Below are positions 10,497-21,225 of a stretch of 64,000 nucleotides of DNA, one piece after another. The first letter of the stretch is position 1; each line of letters opens with the position of its first letter. The notes below the pieces were generated by a model. It worked only from the letters and a program-made list of their open reading frames with translations, did no database searches and was not told where the DNA came from. The stretch is from an uncultured Thermoplasmata archaeon. GTDB lineage: Archaea > Thermoplasmatota > Thermoplasmata > UBA10834. The translations under genes were made by a program, and so were the position numbers. Location: NCBI GenBank assembly GCA_963719945.1, contig CAVRDX010000002.1, positions 1-64,000 on the forward strand. The letters are read 5' to 3'.

Positions 10497-10788
10497 GCAT
10501 TCACCCTTAAGGCCCCTCTGTCAATGTCCATTCGAACGGCAAGGAGTGGACAAATCAATGATGGACCATTTCCGTTCTGGAATTACTCTTGATGGCTTAA
10601 TTGCTTCTGGTCTGCGTTGTCATTATTGATTCTAAAATCTAGTTCTTGCAGCAATTCTGTCTACTCTCTGAAACTCCTTTTGTTGACCATTTCAAGGGAA
10701 AAGAACTGTGTCTTTGTTTGCGGTACTGAGAACACATTTTAGGTTTTTCTTGAATGGGCCGGAAATTGCGAATGATATTGGTCAACTC

Positions 10789-12494
10789 TCAAGACTCCAG
10801 CAACTCAATGAATTGCTTGAGTGCCAGGTATATCTCAGAATCGATTTCTTCCTTACGGAGGGATATAGCGGCATAACTCGTTGATACAGCAACCTTGTAT
10901 TCTTTAGTGAGTACATGATTCATGCGAGAGAAGAATTCCTTTCCTGAGATAACTTTGATTCGGAAACTCAAGTCTTTCCACTTTTCATCCAGTTCCTCAA
11001 TTATCGTTTTGGCGATAGTTGATGGGTCTTCGCCTTTTCTTGCAGGATTCTTGATTCTGTGGCCAAGCATCTGGGCATTCACGTCATTTTTCATCTCATC
11101 AGTGATACGAGTAATCAATGTGATAAAAAGCTCCCTGGCAGGTACAGAACTATCATCTCCATGCCTCTTCTTGTACTGGGTGACAAACATACGATATAAT
11201 GCATCAGGATGAATCAAGTAGTTCTCTATTTCCTTTCTGGACCATACATGTATACTCACTGTCCTGTTGTATTAGCGTGCTGACTATTTGGGCAACTTCC
11301 TCATCAGATCGATAGTCCTATCTAGAATCACTTAGCATTTGATTCTTTCACCAAAGGCGTTCTTAAATAGCCAATCTACATGTTTCAATCGTTCCCAATT
11401 TGAAACCCCTTCCAACGGAATAGTCGAGAAATTCCTTTCTGCGAACTGATGTAGGCCAAGAATCCTGGAAAACCGGAGGATGAACTTGAAATCGCTGCCT
11501 TCAACAAACAGGCAGGTACTGCCCTTTAGAAGATGTGCTAATCTGAGATTCTCGATTGAGCCGAGCTCAAGGATGCATCTCTGAAGTTCATCGACATTCT
11601 CCAGTCTGACTGCTTCTTGGAGTCTGGAATCGACTGAGAGGACATCACCTGGCTCGACCTCATCAATAATATCTACAGCATGAGTGGCAATTATTACCTG
11701 AGACGATTCTCTTTGCATATATCAACGAGTTTCTTCTGCATGTCTGAGTGGAGATATATATCTGGTTCGTAAGAATCAGAGTCTCTCTTTTTCCGAGCTT
11801 TATTAGATGAGTCAGTATTTGCAGCCAGACCTGAAGACCATGTCCTGCCCAGAAGATTTCACGGTCCATGCGGTTCTCCTTGAAATACATGTAGATTACG
11901 TTATTCCATTGATCAGGTTCCGGAGGGGAGATTTCACAATTTGGCCATGTACGCGTGAGCAGCTCGCTGAATTCATCAAATCCATCTGGAAATGCATGCC
12001 AGATGTTCCGGAAATGACGGGGCGTCAGATGTGATATCATGACCGTTCTAAGATAATTGTCGGTGACCAGTGATTCCTCTTCATCAAAGGCTCCCACCGG
12101 AGGAACGATTCCTGAGAGTTCTCTCGAACTCCATGCGAATGATCTTCTTATTTCCAACCAAATATCCATTCTTGTAGTACTCTATGTAGAACTCCTTGTC
12201 CTTTGGAAATACAGCCTTAATCTCTTTGCCGGATGAGAAAACCGCTCTGATTACTGCATCATCGTCTGTATAGTCGTGCCTTATGTTAATTGCAGAAAAC
12301 GGAAGATCGCGAGGCTCCAGTATGAGGTCTCTGCGGTAGGCGCCGTATCTCTGGATGTTTGATATCAATCTGAGGGCATCCACGATTGTAGATTTCCCTG
12401 AATTATTCTTGCCCACTATGATATTGAAATTGTTGAATCTCACAGAATATTTTCGAAAGCACCTGAAATTCTCCATTGACAGTTCTATCAGCAA
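10789..12494 (-). pseudogene. OLD-family ATP-dependent nuclease (ABC ATPase + TOPRIM), multiply disrupted
   Basis: ENFRCF, GKNNSGKST, GHGLQ, restored DEPDIYLH, IIATH, FVEGSD, restored LDRDY and KEIENYL. At least five indels and one TAA. Confidence 0.8.
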
Positions 12495-12541
12495 ACGTTT
12501 GCCACCCTCCAGGATGAATTTAGGTCAGGTCATATAATGTC

Positions 12542-14558
12542 TCACATTTCATCGAATCCGGATTTTCTTTCATCTAGCAACTTCTCAAATATATCTTTCA
12601 AGGCGATGACCTGCACGAAGTAGTGCCCATGCTTGACCCTGTAGTTCACATCTGGAAGGTAGTCTGTGAAACTTGTGTCTGATTCCTTGTTTACGACATT
12701 GTAGTTGGGAGGAAGTTCTGTATTGGCGTCGGCCTCCCAGACAACTGACAAGTTGATATCCTCGAACCTCTGCTTTGGTGCCTCGTCCGATTCACAGAGC
12801 GCGCAAAGGGTCGGCTTGAATTCAACCGTTAGCATTGTGATGTCCGATTCTCTAGCGATGGGAAGATCCGGGGCAAAGCAAATGCCGTCGTAGACCGTAA
12901 TATCGTTCAGTCTCAGCCAATTGTATCGAGTCAACAATCCCCTGCCTACCATGTGGAAATACACCGAGACAAGGTCCTCCTCAGTTTCTGGAAGCGTCGA
13001 CCTCCCGAGAATGTCAAGCATGATATCCCTATTTCTATGGTCGCTCCGCTCGACCTTCGCATTCTCACGGCTCTTGTTGAATATCTTTCCGAATATGGTT
13101 GGGTCATAGCTCTCTTCTTCTGCGGACAATCAGTTTGGCCAATTTGTGCAAGTTCCTCCACAGGTCCTTCATGAGGTTGTTATACGCGTGTTTGGATTTC
13201 GGATGGAGATTCCTCTTGCCATATCCAAGAGTCTCGTCAACATCAAGGACCAAATGGACCGAAGGGACGTGTCCCAATTCAGCTCCTGATGCGTCCAGGG
13301 TGATATCTGTCGGCAAGCCATTGACCGAAACACCGAGAGATGCCTTGTGGGCCAACGGATTCTTCAAGAATGGACGTGACGCGATGAACAATATTCCCCC
13401 ATTCACTCTTGAAAGAACCGTCCTATGTCTGTATACATTATCTTGATCCATTATCATTATGTTCGGTTTGGTGGGGTCCGAAGGGTCTAAAGGCTTCCTC
13501 TTTCTAAGTTTGCCTACAAGTAATTTGATATCGTCTATGTTGAGTTTCTGATAAAAGACCGTAGGGGTTTCGAACCTCTTTCCGCTCTCAAGTATCGATG
13601 AGAAATTACTCACGATTTTCGGCTGTTGTTTCGGCGCTAGTGATTCAATCATCTCCTTGAAATCTATATACTTGACATTGCCTGTCAATTCAAGTGCCTT
13701 ATTGGCTGGGAAGGGTTTAACTCCAGGTATTAGGTATTCTTCCTGCGAACTCTCAGGGAAGTCACATATAACTTCGAGTTTGAAGTCGATGTCTGGTAGT
13801 CCGTTTGATCCGATCAGTCGAGAAACACATCCCGCATAGCTCTCTTTCTTGAGGTATGTCATCAGTATCTTCATTGGGTCCAACGGTGGCATCGAACGTC
13901 CATCATCGGTGTCAATGTTTCCTTCTTCTGTAGTTTTCGTATTGTCGATTTCAACTGTGCTGAAAAAATCCATAATACGGTCGTTTATGAAATCCCATAC
14001 TGAGTAATCATGCAATCTGATTTCCACGACAGTGCCTGACTTGCCATCAGTTTTCGATGCAGTAGGTCCTGCAAGACTTGCCGGAAATTCCGGGCTGCTG
14101 TAGTTGAAGAAATCATGCAATTCAAGTTCCCAACTTTGGTGTGCATGAATTGTCTTGATTCTGAAAAACTCTGAAGTGAAGACAGAGGATTTTATGCCAA
14201 CTCCTTGGGAGCCTTTGAGTAATTTCCTAATCCTTCTGTCAGAAATCTTACCTTTGGCTCCGGAACCGAGGTGCACAAAATGCCCGCATTTCTCAAGGGG
14301 TACCCCCTTACCGTTATCGGAGATTCTCACCAAATTCGACCCTATGGCTAGCCTGATGCTGACGGTGGGTTTCTCGCCTCCAGTGTCGACCATGCTGCCA
14401 TCTTCATTTACAAATGAATCAATGGCGTTCTGAAGCGGTTCCTGAATAAGTCGCCATTCCGGAGGATATGTCTCAATTGTATTCCCGAGCAGCACTCTTA
14501 TCAGATTCTCTTGGACCGTTCCAGACCTGGATTTCCTCTGGCATTCCCAACCCACCAT
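12542..14558 (-). pseudogene. GHKL (HATPase/MORC-like) ATPase fused to a PD-(D/E)xK nuclease-like domain; one frameshift
   Basis: EPLQNAIDS, DNGKG, GSQGVGIKS, GTVV. An extra base near 13125 separates a C-terminal domain with YDG...VEFK. Confidence 0.7.
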
Positions 14559-14749
14559 GGGCTGAATCGTCGCTCTCGTATATAGCCTTGGCTTACAATG
14601 CGCCTTTCTATCACCTAGACTTACTGTAGGTGTGCGAGATTACCCTGAAAGGCAGTTGGCGGTCCTGGTGGGTTCAACCTGTCGATTATATTCTATACGC
14701 GGTTCATATCCTATGAGGACGTGGTTGCATCTCTAGGAAGTCCGGCAAG

Positions 14750-15163
14750 GTGCCTCGAGCGAGTTCTGAATCCGTTATGAAATCAATGAAATCCAATCGT
14801 GGAAAGAACACAAGACCCGAGATTCTGCTCAGGTCTGCGCTCTGGACCTCTGGCATAAGAGGATATCGATTGCACAGGAAGGGCATCCCCGGACGGCCAG
14901 ACATATCTTTCGGCAATCAAAGGGTCGCGGTATTTGTGAACGGCTGCTATTGGCACCGATGTCCAAAATGCTCACTCCCGCTCCCAAAGACACATATGGG
15001 ATTCTGGACGAAGAAGTTCGAATTGAACGTCAAGCGGGACGAGAGGAAGATTACCGAACTCGAGGCAGATGGATGGCTGCCGCTGGTGATCTGGGAATGT
15101 GAGATAAAGAATGATATCGACAAGTGCGTCGAGCGCGTCAGGCAAGCTCTCCGAGCGCGCTGA
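14750..15163 (+). CDS. vsr: Very short patch repair endonuclease
   Basis: TRPE, GRPDI, FVNGCYWHRC, FW..K...NVKRD, IWECE. Confidence 0.92.
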   Translation: MPRASSESVMKSMKSNRGKNTRPEILLRSALWTSGIRGYRLHRKGIPGRPDISFGNQRVAVFVNGCYWHRCPKCSLPLPKTHMGFWTKKFELNVKRDERKITELEADGWLPLVIWECEIKNDIDKCVERVRQALRAR

Positions 15164-15392
15164 GTACCTTCTTCCCCTTGTCAGTTATCCGATAGATCCT
15201 GTTCTTCGTCGCTTTCGGGGTCAGGCACTCCACGAGGCCCTTTTCGGAAAGTTCTCTCAGGGACCTACTGATATGCGATAAATGGACCTCTGCCTTCTCC
15301 GATATGCCGCTCGGCGTGTTCGGACCGGACTCGAGGATTGAAAGGCACCGTCTCCTGACGTCCGATTTGGCGAAGGACACCAACTCCCACAT
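15138..15392 (-). CDS. Winged-helix (ArsR/MarR-like) regulator; probable controller of the R-M block
   Basis: MWELVSF...TPSGIS...SHISRSLREL..KGLVEC...YRITDKG. Confidence 0.8.
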   Translation of the reverse strand: MWELVSFAKSDVRRRCLSILESGPNTPSGISEKAEVHLSHISRSLRELSEKGLVECLTPKATKNRIYRITDKGKKVLSALGELA

Positions 15393-15443
15393 GGTAGTCG
15401 GAATCGAATCCGGACATATGCCTATTGTTACCAAATGGTAACC
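15382..15443. promoter_or_regulatory. Two TACCA-N2-TGGTA-type palindromes in the divergent promoter
   Basis: AACTCCCACATGGTAGTC (15382-15399) over the HTH ATG; GTTACCAAATGGTAAC (15427-15442). Confidence 0.5.
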
Positions 15444-16301
15444 ATTCGTCATGATATTGGTGGGTCAGTGGTAACAAAGGCGTTCATGACAGAATGCAGA
15501 ATCAGGCGCATGTCGTGTTCTGAGATTCTGAGGACTCCACTGCAGAAGAGGACTTCCATCGACATCACGAGGAAAAGGTCGATGATGATCAACGAGGCCC
15601 TCAGCTGGCGAAGCGGCACGAAGGATAGACCGAAGCGATATGACGTCGGCAAGTCCGGTTCGGATAGGGTAGTGGCCTACTTCCTGAAGCCTGGCAAGGA
15701 GGTGTTCAGGACGAAGAGTCCGAACCCCAACGACATGACACCCGTCGTCGGCAACATCGAGCAACGATACAGTTTCCGGGACATGTGGGTCCCTCTCGGG
15801 GCGACCTCGTTATTGGGAAGGGAACCATTCCAGAAGATGCTCGTGCTGGTGTACAGGAACGCTTTCCTGCTCGACCACGTCGTGACGGACGGCAGGGTCA
15901 GATATCGCCCGAGCAGCGATATCAGGAGATGCATCGACGAGCTGGAACGCGAGGTGAGAGAAGTCCTCCCATGCAGTCTTCTCGAGTTCCTGTACATGTT
16001 CGACATCCTCGGTTGGAACGAGGATGTCAAGTATCATTCCGAGGACGGGAAGGCCACCTTCGAGGGCAAGCGCAAGGTCGAGGTCGGCAGGCTCAACAAC
16101 ATGCTGACCGGCATCCACGCCACCCACAGGGTCGCGGAGTTCGTGGACCATGTCATAGATAAGTCCGGTGACAAGGAGGCGATAGACCTCGGTCTGATCT
16201 TCTCAGCCATGCAGGCCTTCGTCCGTGGAAGGGGCGTGGCCCCACCAAGCGACAAGGACCTGGTCGATTGGCTGGCTCCGTACCTTGTCAGGGAAGGATG
16301 A
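15435..16301 (+). CDS. Hypothetical protein, candidate restriction endonuclease (true start probably downstream, about 15510-15582)
   Basis: Long ORF between the controller HTH and the C5 MTase; function inferred from context only. Confidence 0.5.
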   Translation: MVTIRHDIGGSVVTKAFMTECRIRRMSCSEILRTPLQKRTSIDITRKRSMMINEALSWRSGTKDRPKRYDVGKSGSDRVVAYFLKPGKEVFRTKSPNPNDMTPVVGNIEQRYSFRDMWVPLGATSLLGREPFQKMLVLVYRNAFLLDHVVTDGRVRYRPSSDIRRCIDELEREVREVLPCSLLEFLYMFDILGWNEDVKYHSEDGKATFEGKRKVEVGRLNNMLTGIHATHRVAEFVDHVIDKSGDKEAIDLGLIFSAMQAFVRGRGVAPPSDKDLVDWLAPYLVREG

Positions 16302-16307
16302 GCAGGC

Positions 16308-16901
16308 ATGCTTCCCGGCGAAATCGCCCTGTCGATTCTTGAAGGACATGCGAACAGGGTCAGCAGACTGACTCCCACCGAACCGTTCGTGCTGGAACTG
16401 CAACTGGATTACTCAGGACTCATGGCGAAGGGTGCCTATAACGGCTGGAAACGCGACAAGCATGTTTCCAGGCGCAAGGTCGGTTGCTTCGATTTCAAGA
16501 TATTCCGCGTCGACGGCTCAGAGGAGATACCCCTGGTCCATCCTTCCGTGATATCAGACGCGGCGGACAACTTGCAGATCGAGGTGTTGGAGGGGATCTT
16601 CGAGGGAAAGGACCCTGACATGCTGGGGTTGTCTGATGCGGAGTTGGTGGTCGCACACGAGATACAGTTGGCGATGTTGGAGCAGGAGGTCAACTGGGGG
16701 GACGAAGGTTTCCAGTCATGGACACTCTTCCCTCCTTCGAAGGGCAAGCGACCAAGGGATTACATGATGGCCTATCTGAGGAGGCTGTTCGACCAGCCCA
16801 AGTACCTGGAGTCGGTAAAGACGATGAGGGCGGCATCGGGCACTGGGGGCGTTCTGCCGCCACCCAAAGCGGAGGAGTGGAAAATCTATCTCGAGATCTG
16901 A
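16308..16901 (+). CDS. Hypothetical protein in the R-M block
   Basis: Starts 6 nt after the upstream stop; converges on the MTase. Confidence 0.55.
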   Translation: MLPGEIALSILEGHANRVSRLTPTEPFVLELQLDYSGLMAKGAYNGWKRDKHVSRRKVGCFDFKIFRVDGSEEIPLVHPSVISDAADNLQIEVLEGIFEGKDPDMLGLSDAELVVAHEIQLAMLEQEVNWGDEGFQSWTLFPPSKGKRPRDYMMAYLRRLFDQPKYLESVKTMRAASGTGGVLPPPKAEEWKIYLEI

Positions 16902-17026
16902 GACGCAGTCGTCTCCGACCATGGCTCGAGGGTGGTCTGCTGGAATCGTTCAGGCACGCATCGGAATCGATACCCGACAACCCATACTATGCAACCGCGT
17001 ACCCAGCCCAGCTTCAGTGACCAAGT

Positions 17027-19072
17027 CTATTGGGATGCCCACTTGACTACCTTATCATCCAAAGCATGAATCGATCGGCCATAGGGAGATCCCGAGACAT
17101 CATCGTCTGACTTGTACATCTTCGCAAGCACATGGACCGACATGAGGGCGGATGACAGCGTGACCAGCGGCATATCCGCTTCCTCTATCCTCGGGACAAT
17201 CCTTGGGTCGATACGATGCGGGTAATCATCGGAGTCGTCCATCTCGTCGATGTAGAGGTTCCTTTGACTCATGCCTGCGAAATCCTTGGATGCGAATGTC
17301 GAGAGCATTATGGCGTCCAGACCATCGAAGAGGTCTATGGGCCCAGCAGTCCTCCCGAGGTTCGGCATGTCGCTGGTGAACGCCTTCTGGAACATGCTGC
17401 AACCCGGCAGTCCGAGTCTCCGTTTCGAGACCGCCTCCAATGCACTACCGATGTCCCCTGAGTAGCCGGGGAACTCCACCCAGCCGTCGGTGAGCACAGG
17501 TATCCCTTTGTCGACCTCCTCGAACAAGGAATCCACGAGCCTCTTCAACTCACGTCCGTCGAGCGTCGATGACATCGACCGCAGTATGCTACCGACGCTG
17601 ACATCGTCGATGTATACTCTGTGGAAGGTGCCACCCATGCCCCTCTGGATGCAGGCCTTCCATTCGGCTCCCCCTCTGATCTTCTCGTCATCCAGCACAG
17701 CGTTCTCGAATATGACGATCGAGGAATCGTTCTCCAGTTTCGAGGAGAGCAGTTTCCTCCGCAGGTGCTTCCTGTCCCTGGCGCTGAACTCCATGTGGAC
17801 CTTCCCGATGTCCTCAGCTTCGTCGACCATAGACTTAGGCCTGGTGACGATCGGCAGGTCATCGTTCTCCCGGAGCCTCCTTGCGCTCTCCGCGATTCGC
17901 GAGCGGAACATCTTGTCCGCGGATGGCAGTCTACCCTCCATGTCCCGCAGCATCCCCTTCGCGAGTGCGAACGAGAGCTGACACGGCACCGCGTTGCCTA
18001 TCAGTTTGTACCTGTCGTTGAGTGTCCTCGCAGCGAGCTGGAAATCGATAGGGAAGCCCTGTATGCACGCTACCTCCCTGACGGTCGGCTGCCGGTAGAC
18101 CTTCCTTGATCTCCCTTGATACTTGATCTTCCGGTCCGTGCTCAATATGAGTGATTCCCTCGAGGACGAGTTCGCAGTGGCCATTATCGTCCTCGCCGGC
18201 AGGTCAGAGTCTTCTGGCAGACTCATCCTCCCGTACTGGATGTGTCTCCGTTTCAGATGACGCATCTCCTCCCAATACATGGGATGGAGTGATGTGTCGT
18301 AGAAATGGTCCCTGACATGGTCGACCTTGACCTTATGACCCGGATAGTTCGGGTCCTTCACATGACCCTGTTTGCCGGCCTTCCTCACGCCATTCTCCAA
18401 GCTGCTGAGCAGACCTCCGAGGCTGACATCCTGTCGTGGGTCGACTTTGAGATCATCCATCGATGTGCATGGGTAGTCGCCTGCGATGAAACGCTTCCTG
18501 TTCTCATGGGCGCCGTAATCTGACGCGGTGAAGACCTTTCCGTGGGGGATGTGGAGACAATCGCCCTCCAGTCCAAGTTCTTTCCAGCGCGATCTCGGTA
18601 TACCGAGCTTTTCATATGATATCGTCCAGCCGCCTTGTGGGGATTTCTCGCACTCCTTGTCGAGCACTTGTTCGAGCCTTGGGACGTTCTCCATGAGCCA
18701 GTACTTCGGGCGGAAGACCGATACGAACATCAGGTGTTTCCGGACCAGGAGCATACCCTTCTCGAGGTCCCCTCTGCCGCCCTTCTTCGCGAAGGAGAAC
18801 TCCGTGCATGGCGGGCTCCCTATTACGATGTCGATGGCTCCATGCTCGGCCTCCAGACGCTTCTTGATCTCGAGTATATCATCGACATCGGCCTTCAGGA
18901 GGTCCATCTTCTCTGTGACACCGAGACCGTTGAGAGTATGGGTCTCACATGCGGGCACCCAGAAATCTATTCCGTAGACGACGTCGAAACCGCTCTGGTG
19001 GAACCCCTCACTGAAACCGCCTCCGCCACAGAACAGGTCGATGACCCGTACCCCTGGCTTGTTCCCGCGCAT
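17027..19072 (-). CDS. dcm: DNA (cytosine-5) methyltransferase with a long C-terminal extension
   Basis: DLFCGGGG, GSPPCTEFS, MENV, NRKR, REVACIQGFP, IGNAVP. ATG at 19072 follows GAGGT. Confidence 0.9.
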   Translation of the reverse strand: MRGNKPGVRVIDLFCGGGGFSEGFHQSGFDVVYGIDFWVPACETHTLNGLGVTEKMDLLKADVDDILEIKKRLEAEHGAIDIVIGSPPCTEFSFAKKGGRGDLEKGMLLVRKHLMFVSVFRPKYWLMENVPRLEQVLDKECEKSPQGGWTISYEKLGIPRSRWKELGLEGDCLHIPHGKVFTASDYGAHENRKRFIAGDYPCTSMDDLKVDPRQDVSLGGLLSSLENGVRKAGKQGHVKDPNYPGHKVKVDHVRDHFYDTSLHPMYWEEMRHLKRRHIQYGRMSLPEDSDLPARTIMATANSSSRESLILSTDRKIKYQGRSRKVYRQPTVREVACIQGFPIDFQLAARTLNDRYKLIGNAVPCQLSFALAKGMLRDMEGRLPSADKMFRSRIAESARRLRENDDLPIVTRPKSMVDEAEDIGKVHMEFSARDRKHLRRKLLSSKLENDSSIVIFENAVLDDEKIRGGAEWKACIQRGMGGTFHRVYIDDVSVGSILRSMSSTLDGRELKRLVDSLFEEVDKGIPVLTDGWVEFPGYSGDIGSALEAVSKRRLGLPGCSMFQKAFTSDMPNLGRTAGPIDLFDGLDAIMLSTFASKDFAGMSQRNLYIDEMDDSDDYPHRIDPRIVPRIEEADMPLVTLSSALMSVHVLAKMYKSDDDVSGSPYGRSIHALDDKVVKWASQ

Positions 19073-19192
19073 CGTTCGTACTACCTCTGGCGCCAATCGA
19101 TGAACCCCCTTAACTGTTTTTCCCAGGGGTGTCCGGACGTGCACCCTGCCTTTGGCTTAGTCATATACATGCAATCCACACGCTGAATAGGC

Positions 19193-19561
19193 GTGATTCT
19201 GTCGACGATGAACTACGAGGTGAAGGATATGGCGGCGAGAATCTTCGGGACGATGGATATGGCGTTCGTGTACGGCGTGGTGAGTCTGGCGTTGGAAACC
19301 CTCGATGTCGACGATTCCAATCCGAACGACCAAGGCCAATTTGTCCAGGTCTCTTCCCTATTGGGTCAGGCAGGTTTCGATGTGTTCATGGTCGATGGTC
19401 GGAAGAAAGGAGAACCTCACGAGTGGCTGGAGGTCGGCCATATCGGCGAGACGCCCGTGCTGATTGTTGACCTATCGGCTCCTAAGAACCCTCGTGACAC
19501 GGTCTTGCTCAAGCATTCTGCAAAGGGTAGGGCATACCTTGCACTGGAGCATGCGCCCTAG
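19193..19561 (+). CDS. Hypothetical protein
   Basis: ORF with a weak HEW...IVDLS transglutaminase-like pattern but no catalytic Cys. Confidence 0.45.
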   Translation: MILSTMNYEVKDMAARIFGTMDMAFVYGVVSLALETLDVDDSNPNDQGQFVQVSSLLGQAGFDVFMVDGRKKGEPHEWLEVGHIGETPVLIVDLSAPKNPRDTVLLKHSAKGRAYLALEHAP

Positions 19562-19992
19562 ATTTGATCAGAACCGCGTATCTTGACAGCTTTCTTCTGT
19601 CGTTTCTTGAACAATCTGCAGTCTGATTCGGGGACTTCCTCTGGTCTGCAATCCTCGTGGTACCAGCTGCAGTTAGCCATCAGGATATCTTCAATCTCTC
19701 GGATCCTATCCTCCCCGACGACAGGGAAGAGTCGTCCGCAGGAACAAGGGACTCTGACCAGATACTTCTGGCGCGTCTCATCGCAACCCTTCTCATATCC
19801 GTGTTGATATGCCTTTCCAATATCCCTCAATTGAAGTCCAAGCCCTTCCCGGACAAGTCGACCGACGGATTTCCCTGATGTCCTTGCCATCTCGTCGACC
19901 TTCCTCTTCAGAACCATCGACACCCTCACGGATATCACAGGTCGCTTCTTGTCATAGCGCTCCTTGGCGTTCGTTCCACTTCTGTTCTCCAT
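19558..19992 (-). CDS. Ribbon-helix-helix protein with a C-terminal Zn-binding motif
   Basis: RPVISVRVS...LK...GKSVG.LV.EGL; VPCSCG...WYHEDC. Confidence 0.7.
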   Translation of the reverse strand: MENRSGTNAKERYDKKRPVISVRVSMVLKRKVDEMARTSGKSVGRLVREGLGLQLRDIGKAYQHGYEKGCDETRQKYLVRVPCSCGRLFPVVGEDRIREIEDILMANCSWYHEDCRPEEVPESDCRLFKKRQKKAVKIRGSDQI

Positions 19993-20051
19993 TCCCCCGC
20001 CCTCCTCATGTTCTCATGATCACATCCACTGTGTCCTGCCCAGACCGAGCA

Positions 20052-20143
20052 TCGTAAACGACGCGGTAATCGATGTCGTAAACGGATGGTTTACGACCAG
20101 AGCCTGGTTGGTATACGACCGATTTGTGTGACCATCGTAAACG
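20052..20143. repeat. Cluster of five TCGTAAAC-type repeats (direct and inverted)
   Basis: Copies at 20052, 20076 and 20135; inverted at 20089; inverted variant at 20111. Lies upstream of the RHH gene. Confidence 0.65.
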
Positions 20144-20147
20144 CGAT

Positions 20148-21011
20148 TCATCCAGAGACCTTCTTTCGAGCCTTCCGCTTACTTTCCCCGCTCGTGGGAC
20201 ACTCCTCCCTGACATCGATGGGTATCCTGAGAAACCTGTTGGATGCATAGGTGGTCGAAAGGGACATCGATGCGTTGTTTGACTTGACGACCGTCTTGAT
20301 GCAAACATCGATATCCCACCCCTCTTCCCATATCTTCATCCCTTGGCTAGATGCGACCTCTGCTATGAATTGCAGATGCATCACATCCCTCAACCTCTTG
20401 AGCTGCGATGCGAGGTCGTGGTCCTCCTTACCCTGGATGGTTGGTATCAGCTCGAACTGAGGGTCAAGGAAGACGCTCAATGCCCTGGTCGACGTCCTCG
20501 CGAGCTGCGCGAGTTCTTCCTTGTCCGCCTTCGGGAGTCTGTGGACGCTTTCGATCGAAGTCCGGAACATCATGGCCAGGTGCTCTTCGATGCCATCATC
20601 TATCACCGCCCCTACGAACCCGGCCCTTCTCATATTCCCTTCCACCAACGAGCCATATGTGCGGAAGATGGAAGCGAGAGTCTGGATAGAGAGGTCTATC
20701 GTATAATGTGGCGTGGTGTCCTTCTTTCTCGGGGGGACTATATCGATACGGCGAAGAATCCCCTGTTCGCAGAGTCGTCTAGCAGCTTCACGCATCCCTG
20801 GCTTTGTCACGCTCCCTTGTCTCCGTTTCAGGGTCATTTTACTCTTATCGTGCTTCGAGTCATCATCAGACGCCTTTGTGATCAATGGTGCAAGGCGGAC
20901 CATGTGGGCCACATACGTCGGCTGATTCCTGTTCTTCGTGATGGCCAGCAGAACCGCTCCTTCGTTCAACCAGGAAAGCAGTCTCTTATCTCCAATCCAA
21001 TTCTCTGACAT
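20148..21011 (-). CDS. Hypothetical protein with a probable N-terminal winged helix
   Basis: 287 aa ORF with REAARRL..QGIL...HYTI wHTH-like segment. Confidence 0.6.
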   Translation of the reverse strand: MSENWIGDKRLLSWLNEGAVLLAITKNRNQPTYVAHMVRLAPLITKASDDDSKHDKSKMTLKRRQGSVTKPGMREAARRLCEQGILRRIDIVPPRKKDTTPHYTIDLSIQTLASIFRTYGSLVEGNMRRAGFVGAVIDDGIEEHLAMMFRTSIESVHRLPKADKEELAQLARTSTRALSVFLDPQFELIPTIQGKEDHDLASQLKRLRDVMHLQFIAEVASSQGMKIWEEGWDIDVCIKTVVKSNNASMSLSTTYASNRFLRIPIDVREECPTSGESKRKARKKVSG

Positions 21012-21225
21012 TTTCCAACCTTCATCCTGTGTATCGATATCTGCCTAAGAGTATTAAGCATTTATCCATATTGAGGATTGTGTCTATCTATTGAGATTAG
21101 AATGTGAACTGTATGTTGAGAGCCAGCATGAGGAAGAATAAATCGTTAACCGTTACTGATTACAGCCTTGTATTAGGTAATAAACGCTTACTAATATTGG
21201 GGAATGCCCCCAGGAGATATGTAAT

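Noticed and set aside
10789-12494. Gabija or PARIS system
   Set aside because: No UvrD helicase is adjacent, and the ATPase and TOPRIM parts repair into a single OLD-type gene.
20343-21008. 221 aa plus-strand ORF and similar overlapping ORFs
   Set aside because: Shadow ORFs opposite better-supported genes in GC-rich DNA.
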